A DNA stretch of 48,393 nt from Acidobacteriota bacterium. Its GTDB lineage: Bacteria; Acidobacteriota; Thermoanaerobaculia; Thermoanaerobaculales; Thermoanaerobaculaceae. The stretch is from contig JABRVY010000224.1 of the NCBI GenBank assembly GCA_039961755.1, positions 1 to 48,393 on the forward strand, given 5' to 3'. The position numbers and the translations under genes were made by a program. This document shows, one piece after another, positions 27,748-36,753 of this stretch; the first letter of the stretch is position 1; the number at the start of each line of letters is the position of its first letter. Below the pieces are notes generated by a model. The model was given only the letters and a program-made list of their open reading frames with translations, was not told the origin of the DNA and ran no database searches.

Positions 27748-28881
27748 CTACAGCGGGCGGGCGTAAATACGGTAGACCTTCGAGAGTTCGGCGTCCATCA
27801 GGCGCACGGTGCGCAGCGCCAGCTCGTTGTCCTCCAGGATCCAAGAGTACTCGCATCGGCGATAGCCGCGCTCCAGGGCAGCCTTGAGCCCCTCGAAGAA
27901 CAGCACCGCCTCGATCCCCCGCCGCCGGTAGACTTCCTTGACACCCATGGTGATGAGCCGGAGCGCCTCGCGCCGGCGGCCGACCAGCATGGCCTTGAGC
28001 AGCCGGAAAGGGTTGGCCATGGAACCGTTGAGCACAGCCAGGGCCGGGTTGACGTCGGGCAGGGCCAGCAAGAAGGCGGCCGGCTCCCCCCCCATGAAGG
28101 CGATCTGCAGCAGTCGGGGGTCCACCAGGGGCTTGAGGTCCTTGGCGAGGAGGTCGAACTCCGCCTCGCTGGTGGGCACGAAGCCCCAGTTGCGCTCCCA
28201 GGCGGAGTTGTAAATCTCCCGAATGATGGTGATTTCCCGACGGAGCTGCCTGAGATCGGCGCCGCGCACGGTGAGGGTGGGCTCCCGCCGGCGCGTCTTC
28301 TCGGCCACTCGCAGCAACCGATCGAAGGAACCAGGGTGAACCTCCGATTCGAAGGCCAGCAGGTCCTTGGCCTTGACGAGGCCGCACTGCTCCAGAAGTT
28401 CGGCGTAGCGGGGCGGGTTGTAGGGCATCATCACCCGCGGATGCGCGTCGAACCCCTGCACCAGCAGCCCGCACTCGTAGTTGGTGGAGGGGTTACAGGG
28501 GCCCACCAGGGTGTCACACCCCTCGCCGCGCACCCAGTCGGCCGCTGCCTCCACCAGCGCCGTGGCCGCCGCCTGGTCGTCCTCGCACTCGAAGAATCCG
28601 AAAAATCCCCAGCGGTCGCCGTGGAAACGGTTGTGGGCGCGGTTGACGATGGCGGCAATGCGCCCCGCCACCCGGGTGCCTCGCCAGGCCAGGAAGAGCT
28701 CGCGGTCCGCGGCGCCATCCCGATAGAAGGCGTGGCGCGGGTCGAGCAGGGCCCGCACCTGGGACTTCAGGGGAGGCACCCAGTAGGGGTCGCCGGCGTA
28801 CAGACGCCAGGGCAACGAGATGAAGCGCCCCACATCAGCGCCCCCGGCCACCGGGGCCACGCGCAGGGGCGCATCGTTCAC
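27748..28881 (-). CDS. GNAT-fold N-acyltransferase-like protein (uncharacterised family)
   Basis: Frame of ORF 27748..29169. The GTG at 28881 overlaps the upstream stop (GTGA). The N-terminus FISLPWRLYAGDPYWVPPL, FGFFECEDD and the C-terminal RRRGIEAVLF...EYSWILEDN match a recurrent family of about 380 aa usually annotated as N-acetyltransferase. This is recognised from memory, not searched. Confidence 0.68.
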   Translation of the reverse strand: MNDAPLRVAPVAGGADVGRFISLPWRLYAGDPYWVPPLKSQVRALLDPRHAFYRDGAADRELFLAWRGTRVAGRIAAIVNRAHNRFHGDRWGFFGFFECEDDQAAATALVEAAADWVRGEGCDTLVGPCNPSTNYECGLLVQGFDAHPRVMMPYNPPRYAELLEQCGLVKAKDLLAFESEVHPGSFDRLLRVAEKTRRREPTLTVRGADLRQLRREITIIREIYNSAWERNWGFVPTSEAEFDLLAKDLKPLVDPRLLQIAFMGGEPAAFLLALPDVNPALAVLNGSMANPFRLLKAMLVGRRREALRLITMGVKEVYRRRGIEAVLFFEGLKAALERGYRRCEYSWILEDNELALRTVRLMDAELSKVYRIYARPL

Positions 28882-30098
28882 GCGATCAGTCCCATCTCCT
28901 TGCCCACCCGTGCAAAGGCGTCCATGGCTCGCTCCAGGTGCTCGCGGGTGTGGGTGGCCATGTAGGAGGTGCGCAGCATGGCGCGCCCCGGCGGCACCGC
29001 CGGGGTGATCACGGGGTTGACGAACACCCCCTCCTGCTGCAGGCGGACGGCCATCACGAAGGCGGCACGATCCTCCCCCACCAGCACCGGGATTACCGGG
29101 GACTGCGAGGATCCGGTGTCGAACCCCAGCGAACGCAGGGCCTGCCCGGCGAACGCCGTGTTCTCCCACAGCCTCGCCCGCCGCTCCGGCTCCCGCTCGA
29201 TGATTTCCACCGCCTTGAGCACCGCCGCCACCGAGGCGGGTGGGGGGGCCGCCGAGAAGATCAGCGACCGGGCGCGGTGCTTGATCCAGTCAATCACCCT
29301 GGTGTCGCCGGCGATGAACCCTCCCACCGAGGCGAGGGATTTGGAGAACGTCCCCATGATGAGGTCGACGTCCTCTTCCAGGCCGAAGTGTTCCGCCGTG
29401 CCGCGGCCATGCTGGCCCAGCACACCGACGCCGTGGGCGTCATCCACCATGAGTCGGCACCCGTAGCGCTTGCACAGGGCCACCAGGCCCGGCAGGTCGA
29501 CGATGTCCCCCTCCATGGAGAACACCCCGTCCACCACCACCAGCGCGCCCTTGCCGTTGGGGCGGTTGCGCAGCCGCTCTTCCAGATCGGCGAGGTCGTT
29601 GTGGCCGAACTTGATGACCGTCCCGAACCCCAACCTCGCCCCATCGATGATGCAGGCGTGATCCAGCTTGTCGAGGTACACCACGTCGCCGCGATCGACC
29701 AGGCACGAGATGGCGCCCAGGTTCACCTGAAATCCGGTGGAGAAGGTGAGCGCCGCCGGCTTGTTGATGAACGAGGCCAGCTTCTCTTCGAGCTGCACGT
29801 GGATGTCCAGGGTACCGTTGAGGAAACGAGAGCCGGCGCATCCCGTGCCGTAGCGCGCCACCGCCTCCTGGGCGGCGCGCTTGACCTCGGGGTGATTGGT
29901 GAGCCCCAGATAGTTGTTGGAGCCCAACATCACCACCTCATGCCCGTCCATGGTCACCACCGGATCCTGGGCCGAGGAAATCACCCGGAAATAGGCGTAC
30001 AGCCCCGCCGCCCGGACCGCGTTCGCTTCCTCGAAATCAAAACACTTCTGGAAGATATCCACGCACCCTCCGCCCGCCGTGGACTTCGCTTCGCTCAT
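28878..30098 (-). CDS. PLP-dependent alpha-oxoamine synthase, serine-palmitoyltransferase-like
   Basis: 406 aa; the ATG overlaps the upstream stop (ATGA). Motifs are GSNNYLGL, FSTGFQVNLG, DDAHGVG and the PLP-lysine motif GTFSKSLASVGGF. The FSTG..NLG and GTFSKS motifs resemble Spt more than Kbl (GTLGKA) or BioF. The C-terminus also resembles Kbl, so substrate specificity is unresolved. Confidence 0.88.
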   Translation of the reverse strand: MSEAKSTAGGGCVDIFQKCFDFEEANAVRAAGLYAYFRVISSAQDPVVTMDGHEVVMLGSNNYLGLTNHPEVKRAAQEAVARYGTGCAGSRFLNGTLDIHVQLEEKLASFINKPAALTFSTGFQVNLGAISCLVDRGDVVYLDKLDHACIIDGARLGFGTVIKFGHNDLADLEERLRNRPNGKGALVVVDGVFSMEGDIVDLPGLVALCKRYGCRLMVDDAHGVGVLGQHGRGTAEHFGLEEDVDLIMGTFSKSLASVGGFIAGDTRVIDWIKHRARSLIFSAAPPPASVAAVLKAVEIIEREPERRARLWENTAFAGQALRSLGFDTGSSQSPVIPVLVGEDRAAFVMAVRLQQEGVFVNPVITPAVPPGRAMLRTSYMATHTREHLERAMDAFARVGKEMGLIA

Positions 30099-31165
30099 CC
30101 CGCGCGGATGGTACCACGAGGCACCCAGCCGTGGCGCCGGTACCAGGCCCAGGTGGCGCGTGCGCCGAGCTCGAACGGCACGTATCCGGCAACCCCGAGG
30201 GCCCGCAAAGACGGCGCCGTGACCGCGCTCCAGTGCCTGGCCAGCAGCTCGCGAGCCTTGTCCGAGGTCATCGCCACCCCCCGCGCCCCCAGCCGCTGGA
30301 GGAGGTCCCCGGCCAGGCCGGCGGCGCGCAGCACCACGCCCGGCAGGGGGAGGATCCGGGGAGCGGGCAGATCGCCGCTGCTCGCCAGGGTGGCCATGAG
30401 GTCATCCAGCCGCCGCGGCTGTGGCTCCCCCAGATGGAAGACCTCGCCACTGCCGACGCGACAGGCGGCGAGGATCGCGCGTACCACATCGGCCACGTGG
30501 GCCACGGTCACCCATCGCTCACCGGCCGGCAGAGGCACCACCCCGCGCGCCGCCAGCTTGAAGAACTGCAAGACGTCCCTGTCCCCGGGACCGTAGATGG
30601 CCGGCGGGCGAAGGATGACCCAGGCCAGGCCGGAGGCCCGCACCGCCTCCTCCGCGGCCAGCTTGGAGCGGCCATAGGCGGATATCGGGGTCGGCAACTC
30701 CTGCGGGGTGCGGCCTAGAGGGGTGGCGCTGGGACCGGCGGCGGCGAGGGAGGACACGTGAACCAGGCGCGCCGTGGGGGCGACCGCCAGCATCGCCGCC
30801 ACCAGACGGCCCGTCCCGGCCGCGTTGGCACGCTGGAACTCGGCGGCGCGGCCGGCCCGTACCACCCCCGCCAGGTGGATCACCGTGGCGCTACCCCTCA
30901 CCAGCTCGCGCAGGGCGGCCTCGTCCTCCAGCGACCCGACGATGATCTCTTCATCGTCACCGGCGCCGTCCCGGCGGCCGGCGCCGCGCACCAGCGCTCG
31001 CCGCGCCACCCCGGCGCGGCGCAGAGCATCGATGACGTGACTACCCACGAAACCGGTGGCGCCAGTGAGAGCCACCGGCGCCGCGATGCCCCCCGCCAGC
31101 CTGGCCGTTTCCTCCTCCCCCAGCTGGGGAGACAGCTCCGCCAGGCCAGCGGCAGGCACTTTCAT
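30095..31165 (-). CDS. Extended-SDR NAD(P)-dependent epimerase/dehydratase-family oxidoreductase
   Basis: Frame of ORF 30095..31204. The ATG at 31165 overlaps the upstream stop (ATGA). It has the Rossmann motif GATGFVGSH and the catalytic YGRSK (YxxxK). Confidence 0.85.
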   Translation of the reverse strand: MKVPAAGLAELSPQLGEEETARLAGGIAAPVALTGATGFVGSHVIDALRRAGVARRALVRGAGRRDGAGDDEEIIVGSLEDEAALRELVRGSATVIHLAGVVRAGRAAEFQRANAAGTGRLVAAMLAVAPTARLVHVSSLAAAGPSATPLGRTPQELPTPISAYGRSKLAAEEAVRASGLAWVILRPPAIYGPGDRDVLQFFKLAARGVVPLPAGERWVTVAHVADVVRAILAACRVGSGEVFHLGEPQPRRLDDLMATLASSGDLPAPRILPLPGVVLRAAGLAGDLLQRLGARGVAMTSDKARELLARHWSAVTAPSLRALGVAGYVPFELGARATWAWYRRHGWVPRGTIRAG

Positions 31166-31632
31166 TCCTCGCTGTACTCGGCCCAACTGGAGGAGGTCTC
31201 CCACACCCTCACCCGCTCCACCCGTACCCCCTGGGGGACGGTGTACCGCGCACCCGCCTGGGTGACCACCTCGCCGCCCTGGCGGAAGGCGGCGTCCAGG
31301 CGGCGGTAGAGGTAGCGGGCAATCACCTCGGTGGTGGCGTCCCCCTCATCCAGCAGCACCAGCCGCTCGGCAAAGGCCTGCAACGAGGGGGCCAGGGGGT
31401 CGTCGGCGGCCAGCACCATGGCGTGGTCGAAGCGGTCCAGCTCGCGCCGGGCCAGCTCCTTGACCACCTTGTAGTCGCACACCATGTCGTTGGCATCCAG
31501 GGAGGCGGCGCGCAGCACCACCTCGATGGTGCGGGTGTGGCCGTGGGGAAAGCGGCAGCGCTCCGGGTGCTTGTGCAGTCGATGCCCCGACTCGACCTCG
31601 AAGCGCTTGCAGATCCTGAAGATAGCTCCCAT
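31162..31632 (-). CDS. 6-pyruvoyl-tetrahydropterin synthase / QueD-family protein
   Basis: Frame of ORF 31162..31770, using the internal ATG at 31632. FEVESGHRL...CRFPHGHTRTIEV (C-x3-HGH) and DHAMVL match the PTPS fold. The protein is 156 aa. Confidence 0.83.
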   Translation of the reverse strand: MGAIFRICKRFEVESGHRLHKHPERCRFPHGHTRTIEVVLRAASLDANDMVCDYKVVKELARRELDRFDHAMVLAADDPLAPSLQAFAERLVLLDEGDATTEVIARYLYRRLDAAFRQGGEVVTQAGARYTVPQGVRVERVRVWETSSSWAEYSEE

Positions 31633-31645
31633 GCTCGAGTTTCGC

Positions 31646-33754
31646 CTAGTAGCGCACCAGCGCCAGCATTGCCTCCAGGATGTCCTCGCTCTGGGGCAGG
31701 ATGACGTTTTCCAGCACCGGGGCATAGGCCACGAAGGTGTCCTTGGCGGCCAGCCGGCGCACCGGTGCATCCAGGTACGGGAACAGTTCGTCGCCGATGC
31801 GGGCGGCGATTTCGGCGCCGTAGCCGAAGGAGCAGGGCTCCTCGTACACCACCAGCGCCCGGCCGGTGCGTCGCACCGATGCCGAGATGCTCTGCCAGTC
31901 GTAGGGCAGGAGGGTGCGCAGGTCCAGCAGGTCCACGGTCTTGCCGGTGGCTTCCTGCAGGCGCCGGGCGGCGGCCGCGGCGCGCACGACGGTGGCCCCG
32001 TAGGTGATCACGGTGAGATTTTCCCCCTCGCTGACCCGGTCGGCCCGCCCGAAGGGGATCGAGTACTCCGGCCCCGGGTAGGGACCCTTGTTGTGGGTTT
32101 GCCGATAGAGGTGCTTGTGCTCCAGGAAGATCACCGGGTCGTCGCAGCGGATGGCGGTGCGCAGCAGCCCGTTGGCGTCCTGAGCCGTGGCGGGCATCAC
32201 CACGCGCAGCCCCGGGATCGAGGTGAACAGCGCGGCGCCGCTCTGCGAATGATACGGGCCTCCCCCTTTCAGGTACCCCCCGGTGGGCACGCGGATGACC
32301 ACCGGCGCCGACCACGCCCCCCCCGAGCGCCAGCGGGTGGTCGCCAGCTCGTTGCGGATCTGCTGGTAGGCGGGCCAGATGTAGTCGAAGAACTGGATCT
32401 CCACCACCGGCTTGAGGCCCCGCAACGCCATGCCCACCGCCCGTCCGACGATGTTGGCCTCGGCCAGGGGCGAGTTGAACACCCGGCGAGAGCCATAGAG
32501 GCGCTGCAGCCCGTGGGTAACCTTGAACACCCCACCCTTCCCCTTGACCTCCTCCAGCGCCTCCTCCAGGGAGCAATCGGCCACGTCCTCGCCGAACACC
32601 ACGATGCGCTCGTCTCGCGACATCTCGTCCTTGAGGCAGGCGTTCAGGAGGTCCACCATGGTCTTCGGGGCGGGATCGGCGACCTCCGGCGGGCGGGCGA
32701 ACGCCTCGGAGGTGGGGTCAACGGTGGGAGAGTAGATGTGGTCCGCCCACCGCTCCGGGGGGGGCTGGGGCATCGCCAGGGCCCGCTCGGCGTCGGCCGC
32801 CACCAGCGCCTCCACCTCGCCCTCGACGGCGTCGAGTTCGCCTTCGTTGAAACCGAGCTCAGCGGCCAGGAACGCGCGCATGAGCAGGAGCGGGTCGCGC
32901 GCCGCCTCCCGGGCCCGCAGCGACTCGGGTTTGTACAGCTTCTCGTCGTCGGAGAGGGAGTGGGAGTACGGCCGCACCACGTGGGCGTGCACCAGCGCCG
33001 GCCCGTTGCCGCCTCGCAGGCGGGCCACCGCCTCGGCCAGCACGGCGCGCGAGGCCAGGTAGTCGCAGCCGTCCACCTCGTACACGGCGAGGTTGGGGAA
33101 GTCCCTCACCAGCTGTGAAATAGATCCGCCAGGAGTTTGCACCGTCACCGGCACCGAGATGGCCCAGCCGTTGTCCTCGATCAGGTAGAGCACCGGCAGG
33201 CGGAGACTGCAGGCGGTGTTGAGGGACTCCCAGAACTCCCCCTGGGAGGTGGTTCCGTCCCCGAGGGTCACCAGCACCACCTCCCCCTCCTGGGGCACCG
33301 CGTCCGCGTGCAGGGTTTCGACCGTGCCGCGGCGACCGGCCTCGGCGAACCCCACCGCCTGCAGGCACTGGGTCCCGGTAGGCGAAGAGGAGGGTGCCAC
33401 GTGCAGCCGTCGTGCGCCCCAGTGGGAGGGCATCTGCCGACCCCGGGAGTTGGGGCACGCCTCCGCTCCCACGCTGCCCAGGAACATCTCGTAGGGGGTC
33501 ATCCCCAGGCCCAGGAGCAGGGCGCGGTCGCGGTAGTAGGTGAAGAACCAGTCGCGCCGGGGATCCAGCACCTGAGAGGCTGCCGCCAGCACCGCCTCAT
33601 GGCCCACGCCGTTGATCTGGAAATACGCCAGGTTCTGCTGCTTGAGGAGGATCTCCCGATCGTCCACGCGCCGCGAGGTGAGCATGATGCGCCAGGCGGC
33701 CAACGCCTCTGTTCGATCCACCGCCAACGCTCCGCCGGAAGCGGTCTCCCCCAT
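31646..33754 (-). CDS. Fused E1 alpha/beta subunit of a 2-oxoacid (branched-chain-type) dehydrogenase
   Basis: Frame of ORF 31646..33778. The ATG at 33754 lies 7 nt after GGGGGAGG. The N-terminal half is E1-alpha-like (TPP binding) and the C-terminal half is E1-beta/transketolase-like, 702 aa in all. Confidence 0.88.
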   Translation of the reverse strand: MGETASGGALAVDRTEALAAWRIMLTSRRVDDREILLKQQNLAYFQINGVGHEAVLAAASQVLDPRRDWFFTYYRDRALLLGLGMTPYEMFLGSVGAEACPNSRGRQMPSHWGARRLHVAPSSSPTGTQCLQAVGFAEAGRRGTVETLHADAVPQEGEVVLVTLGDGTTSQGEFWESLNTACSLRLPVLYLIEDNGWAISVPVTVQTPGGSISQLVRDFPNLAVYEVDGCDYLASRAVLAEAVARLRGGNGPALVHAHVVRPYSHSLSDDEKLYKPESLRAREAARDPLLLMRAFLAAELGFNEGELDAVEGEVEALVAADAERALAMPQPPPERWADHIYSPTVDPTSEAFARPPEVADPAPKTMVDLLNACLKDEMSRDERIVVFGEDVADCSLEEALEEVKGKGGVFKVTHGLQRLYGSRRVFNSPLAEANIVGRAVGMALRGLKPVVEIQFFDYIWPAYQQIRNELATTRWRSGGAWSAPVVIRVPTGGYLKGGGPYHSQSGAALFTSIPGLRVVMPATAQDANGLLRTAIRCDDPVIFLEHKHLYRQTHNKGPYPGPEYSIPFGRADRVSEGENLTVITYGATVVRAAAAARRLQEATGKTVDLLDLRTLLPYDWQSISASVRRTGRALVVYEEPCSFGYGAEIAARIGDELFPYLDAPVRRLAAKDTFVAYAPVLENVILPQSEDILEAMLALVRY

Positions 33755-33868
33755 GCCAGAGCCTCCCCCCCGGCCCACCGTGCCGTCACCGCAGCGCCGT
33801 GCCGAGACGTGTCATTGTAACCAGCGACGGCGGTCAATCCCTTCCCTTCCCCACCCCTCCCATTCGCT

Positions 33869-34318
33869 TCATGGCCCACCGCTCGTCCGCACCGGTGTGC
33901 CGCAGGAGGCAGGCGCGACCACCTCGCCCTTCGCCAGGGCGCGCAGCAGCGGCCCATCGGCGGGCGGAGCGGCGAGCGCGCCCAGCTCGTCCCGCTCCAC
34001 CCAGCGCACCTCCTGCCCCTCGCGACCACCGGGTATGCCACCCACGATGCGAGCGGCATAGAAAAGGAGAATGACGTCGCGACCCTCATCCCGATGCCAG
34101 GCGAAGGTCAGCGGCTCGCCCACCTCGACGCGCACACCCAGCTCCTCGTCCAGCTCTCGCGCCAGGGCCTCGGCAGGCGTCTCGCCCTCCTCCATGGCTC
34201 CACCGGGAAACTCCCACAATCCCGCGAGGTGAGTGCCGGGGCGGCGGCGCGCCAGCAGATACCGCCCGTGCTCGTCGCCGATCACGGCGGCCACCACCAG
34301 CCGCGGTCTACGACCCAC
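33869..34318 (-). CDS. NUDIX hydrolase (MutT-like)
   Basis: 149 aa with a GTG start. The Nudix box is GLWEFPGGAMEEGETPAEALARELDEELGV. Confidence 0.85.
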   Translation of the reverse strand: MGRRPRLVVAAVIGDEHGRYLLARRRPGTHLAGLWEFPGGAMEEGETPAEALARELDEELGVRVEVGEPLTFAWHRDEGRDVILLFYAARIVGGIPGGREGQEVRWVERDELGALAAPPADGPLLRALAKGEVVAPASCGTPVRTSGGP

Positions 34319-35273
34319 CGGGCCTCGCCAGCGCCTGCTTCACCTCGGCGGTCAACCCCTCGATGGTGGCCGTCGCCCGCAGCTCGTCCACCTTGGCCTG
34401 TACTCCCTCCTGGGCGGTGCGTTGGCGCAGGAAGGCCTTCAGGCGGTCCCGCACCTCCTCGAAGGGGGACACCCCTTCTCCCCGCCGAGCCTCCACCTTG
34501 AAGACGTGAAAGCCATTGGGGCTGCGCAGTACGTCACTGACCTCTCCCGCCTGCAGCGCCCACACCTTCGGCTCCAGTTCGGGTAGCAGCATCCCGGCGC
34601 GCACCCAGCCCAGCTCCCCCCCCCGCTGGCCGGTGGCATCGGTGGACACCTCCCGTGCTACCGCGCCAAAGTCCTCCCCCGTGCGCACCCGCGCCAGGGC
34701 TGCTTCGGCCTTGGCTCGAGCCGCCGCCACGGCCTCCGGACTGGCCTGGGGAGAGACCTCCACCAGCACCATGCGGAGTTTCACCTGCGGCGGGTGTTTG
34801 AACTCGGCGGGGTGCACCTCGTAGTACAACCTGGCATCGTCGTCCGAAATCTCGATGCCGGCTGCCAGCACCTTCTCCACGTAGCGGGCAATCAGTTGCC
34901 GCTCACCTTCGATGCGCACCAGCGTGGCCCGATCCAGCTTGGCCTCCGCCAGGGAACGGGTGAACTGCTCCTCCCCGCCCATCCGTGCCGCCTGCGCCCG
35001 CACCGCCTGCTCCGCGGCCGCCGCATCGACCTTGAGGCCGGCCGCCTGCGCCGCCTGCAGCAGCAGGGCCCGCGCCACCAGTTGATCGACCGCGTGGCGA
35101 AGGAGCGTCGCCTCGTCCATTTGCGTACCTCGCGTCATGGCTTGCACTGCCTGGCGCGCCAGATCCAGCTCCACGTCAGTCATGGTGGTCTGGTTGACGC
35201 GCAACACCGGGGTCGCTGCCCCAGCAACGTTGGCGAGGAGAAGCAGAACAGCGGTCAGTGCGAAAGGTTGCAT
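34308..35273 (-). CDS. Periplasmic parvulin-type peptidyl-prolyl isomerase (SurA/PpiD-like)
   Basis: 321 aa. It has a signal peptide (LLLLANVAGAATP), a SurA-N-like helical region and a parvulin domain (GGELGWV...SPNGFHVFKVE). Confidence 0.85.
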   Translation of the reverse strand: MQPFALTAVLLLLANVAGAATPVLRVNQTTMTDVELDLARQAVQAMTRGTQMDEATLLRHAVDQLVARALLLQAAQAAGLKVDAAAAEQAVRAQAARMGGEEQFTRSLAEAKLDRATLVRIEGERQLIARYVEKVLAAGIEISDDDARLYYEVHPAEFKHPPQVKLRMVLVEVSPQASPEAVAAARAKAEAALARVRTGEDFGAVAREVSTDATGQRGGELGWVRAGMLLPELEPKVWALQAGEVSDVLRSPNGFHVFKVEARRGEGVSPFEEVRDRLKAFLRQRTAQEGVQAKVDELRATATIEGLTAEVKQALARPGGS

Positions 35274-35415
35274 CGTTCATCCCATCCCTGCGCCCGACGA
35301 GCGGGCGGCGGGCACCATACTCCCTGCGGGGCAAAAATACCAGCGTTGTGCCAGCGTCACGGCGGCGCCGCGAGAGGCGCCATGTGGCCACCTCAAGGAA
35401 CCCCGCCGGGGCCCG

Positions 35416-36213
35416 TTACTCACCAGCCCTCTCGGCGTTCTTGGCGGCCTCCCACAGGGCATCCAGCTCGGCCATGGTCATCTGCCGCAGATCCAGGCCC
35501 CGCTGCCTGGCCGCCCGCTCCATGTGGGCGAAACGAGCCGAGAATCTGGCGTTGGCCTCCTGCAACGCGACCTCCGGGTCCATCTCCAGGTGCCGGGCGA
35601 GGTTGGCGAGCGCGAACAGAACGTCCCCCAGTTCGGCCCGGGCGCGCTCCCCGGGCCGGCCCGAGCGTTCCGTGGCAAGGACCTCAGATAACTCCTCCAC
35701 CTCCTCGCGCAGCTTGGCCGCGACGTCCTCCACCCGCTCCCAGTCAAACCCCAAGGCTGCCGCCTTCTCGGTGATGCGCAGCGCCTTCAGCAGCGCTGGC
35801 AGGTGACGCGGCACGCCCTCGAGAGCCCCCCGCTCGCCGTTCTCTCCCTGCTTGATGGCCTCCCAGTTGCGCACCACCTCGGCCGCCCCTTCCACCTCCC
35901 GGTCGCCGAACACGTGGGGGTGGCGTCGCACCATCTTGGCGTGCACCTGCCGGCACACCTCGTCGATGTCGAACCATCCCTTTTCGCTGGCGATCTGGGC
36001 CACGAACACGATCTGGAACAACAGGTCACCCAGCTCGCCGGCCAGTCCCCGAGGCTCCCCCTCGTTCATGCTCTCCACCACTTCGTACGCTTCCTCGATC
36101 ACGTAGGTGCGCAGACTGTCCAGCGTCTGCTGGCGGTCCCACGGGCACCCGCCGGGCGAGCGCAGCCGGGCACATAGAGCCACGAGTTGTTCGAACGGAT
36201 TGGGGTCGGACAT
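35416..36213 (-). CDS. mazG: Nucleoside triphosphate pyrophosphohydrolase MazG
   Basis: 265 aa with tandem MazG domains (LRTYVIEEAYEVVE...; ...KLREEVEELSE). Confidence 0.92.
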   Translation of the reverse strand: MSDPNPFEQLVALCARLRSPGGCPWDRQQTLDSLRTYVIEEAYEVVESMNEGEPRGLAGELGDLLFQIVFVAQIASEKGWFDIDEVCRQVHAKMVRRHPHVFGDREVEGAAEVVRNWEAIKQGENGERGALEGVPRHLPALLKALRITEKAAALGFDWERVEDVAAKLREEVEELSEVLATERSGRPGERARAELGDVLFALANLARHLEMDPEVALQEANARFSARFAHMERAARQRGLDLRQMTMAELDALWEAAKNAERAGE

Positions 36214-36315
36214 GGGCGGCGAGTATAGTCCAGCCCCTGACGAGCCGTGCTCGGTGGTTGTTCCCTCGGCTCAGACCGCGTACCATGGGACAGGTATGAA
36301 ATCGAGGAGTGTCTG

Positions 36316-36753
36316 GTGAGCGAAGATTCCTCTGAAAAGACGGTCAAGGTCGTCGACCGCCGCTGGTTCACCGCCGACGGTGAGTTGCGTGATCTCCCGC
36401 CCCAGGATGTCCCGGGCCCACCCTCGCCTGCGGCGGAACCTGCCAACAACGTAGCGCCGCCGCGCGAGGTCGATCCTCCGGAGAAGACCAGGGAAGCGGC
36501 TACCGTTCGTCCACCCCACCCGCCGGAGCTGGGGTTGGTGGACCTCATCGACGCGCTCGCCCAGCCAGCGGCGGCGCTCCTCTCGGGGCAGCTCCCCGGG
36601 CGGGGGCGCGACCTGGAGGGCGCGCGCTACTACATCGACCTGCTGGGAGTGGTGCGCAGTCGCCTGGGCACTCCCCTCACAGCGGAGGAGACCCGTTACC
36701 TTGACGACGTCCTCTACCAGCTACGCTCGCTTTTCGTGGCGGCGACTCGCTAG
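36316..36753 (+). CDS. DUF1844-like protein
   Basis: Frame of ORF 36247..36753. The GTG at 36316 lies 6 nt after GAGGAG. It has a Pro-rich linker followed by LVDLIDALAQPAAALLSG...DLEGARYYIDLLGVV, typical of DUF1844. Confidence 0.62.
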   Translation: MSEDSSEKTVKVVDRRWFTADGELRDLPPQDVPGPPSPAAEPANNVAPPREVDPPEKTREAATVRPPHPPELGLVDLIDALAQPAAALLSGQLPGRGRDLEGARYYIDLLGVVRSRLGTPLTAEETRYLDDVLYQLRSLFVAATR

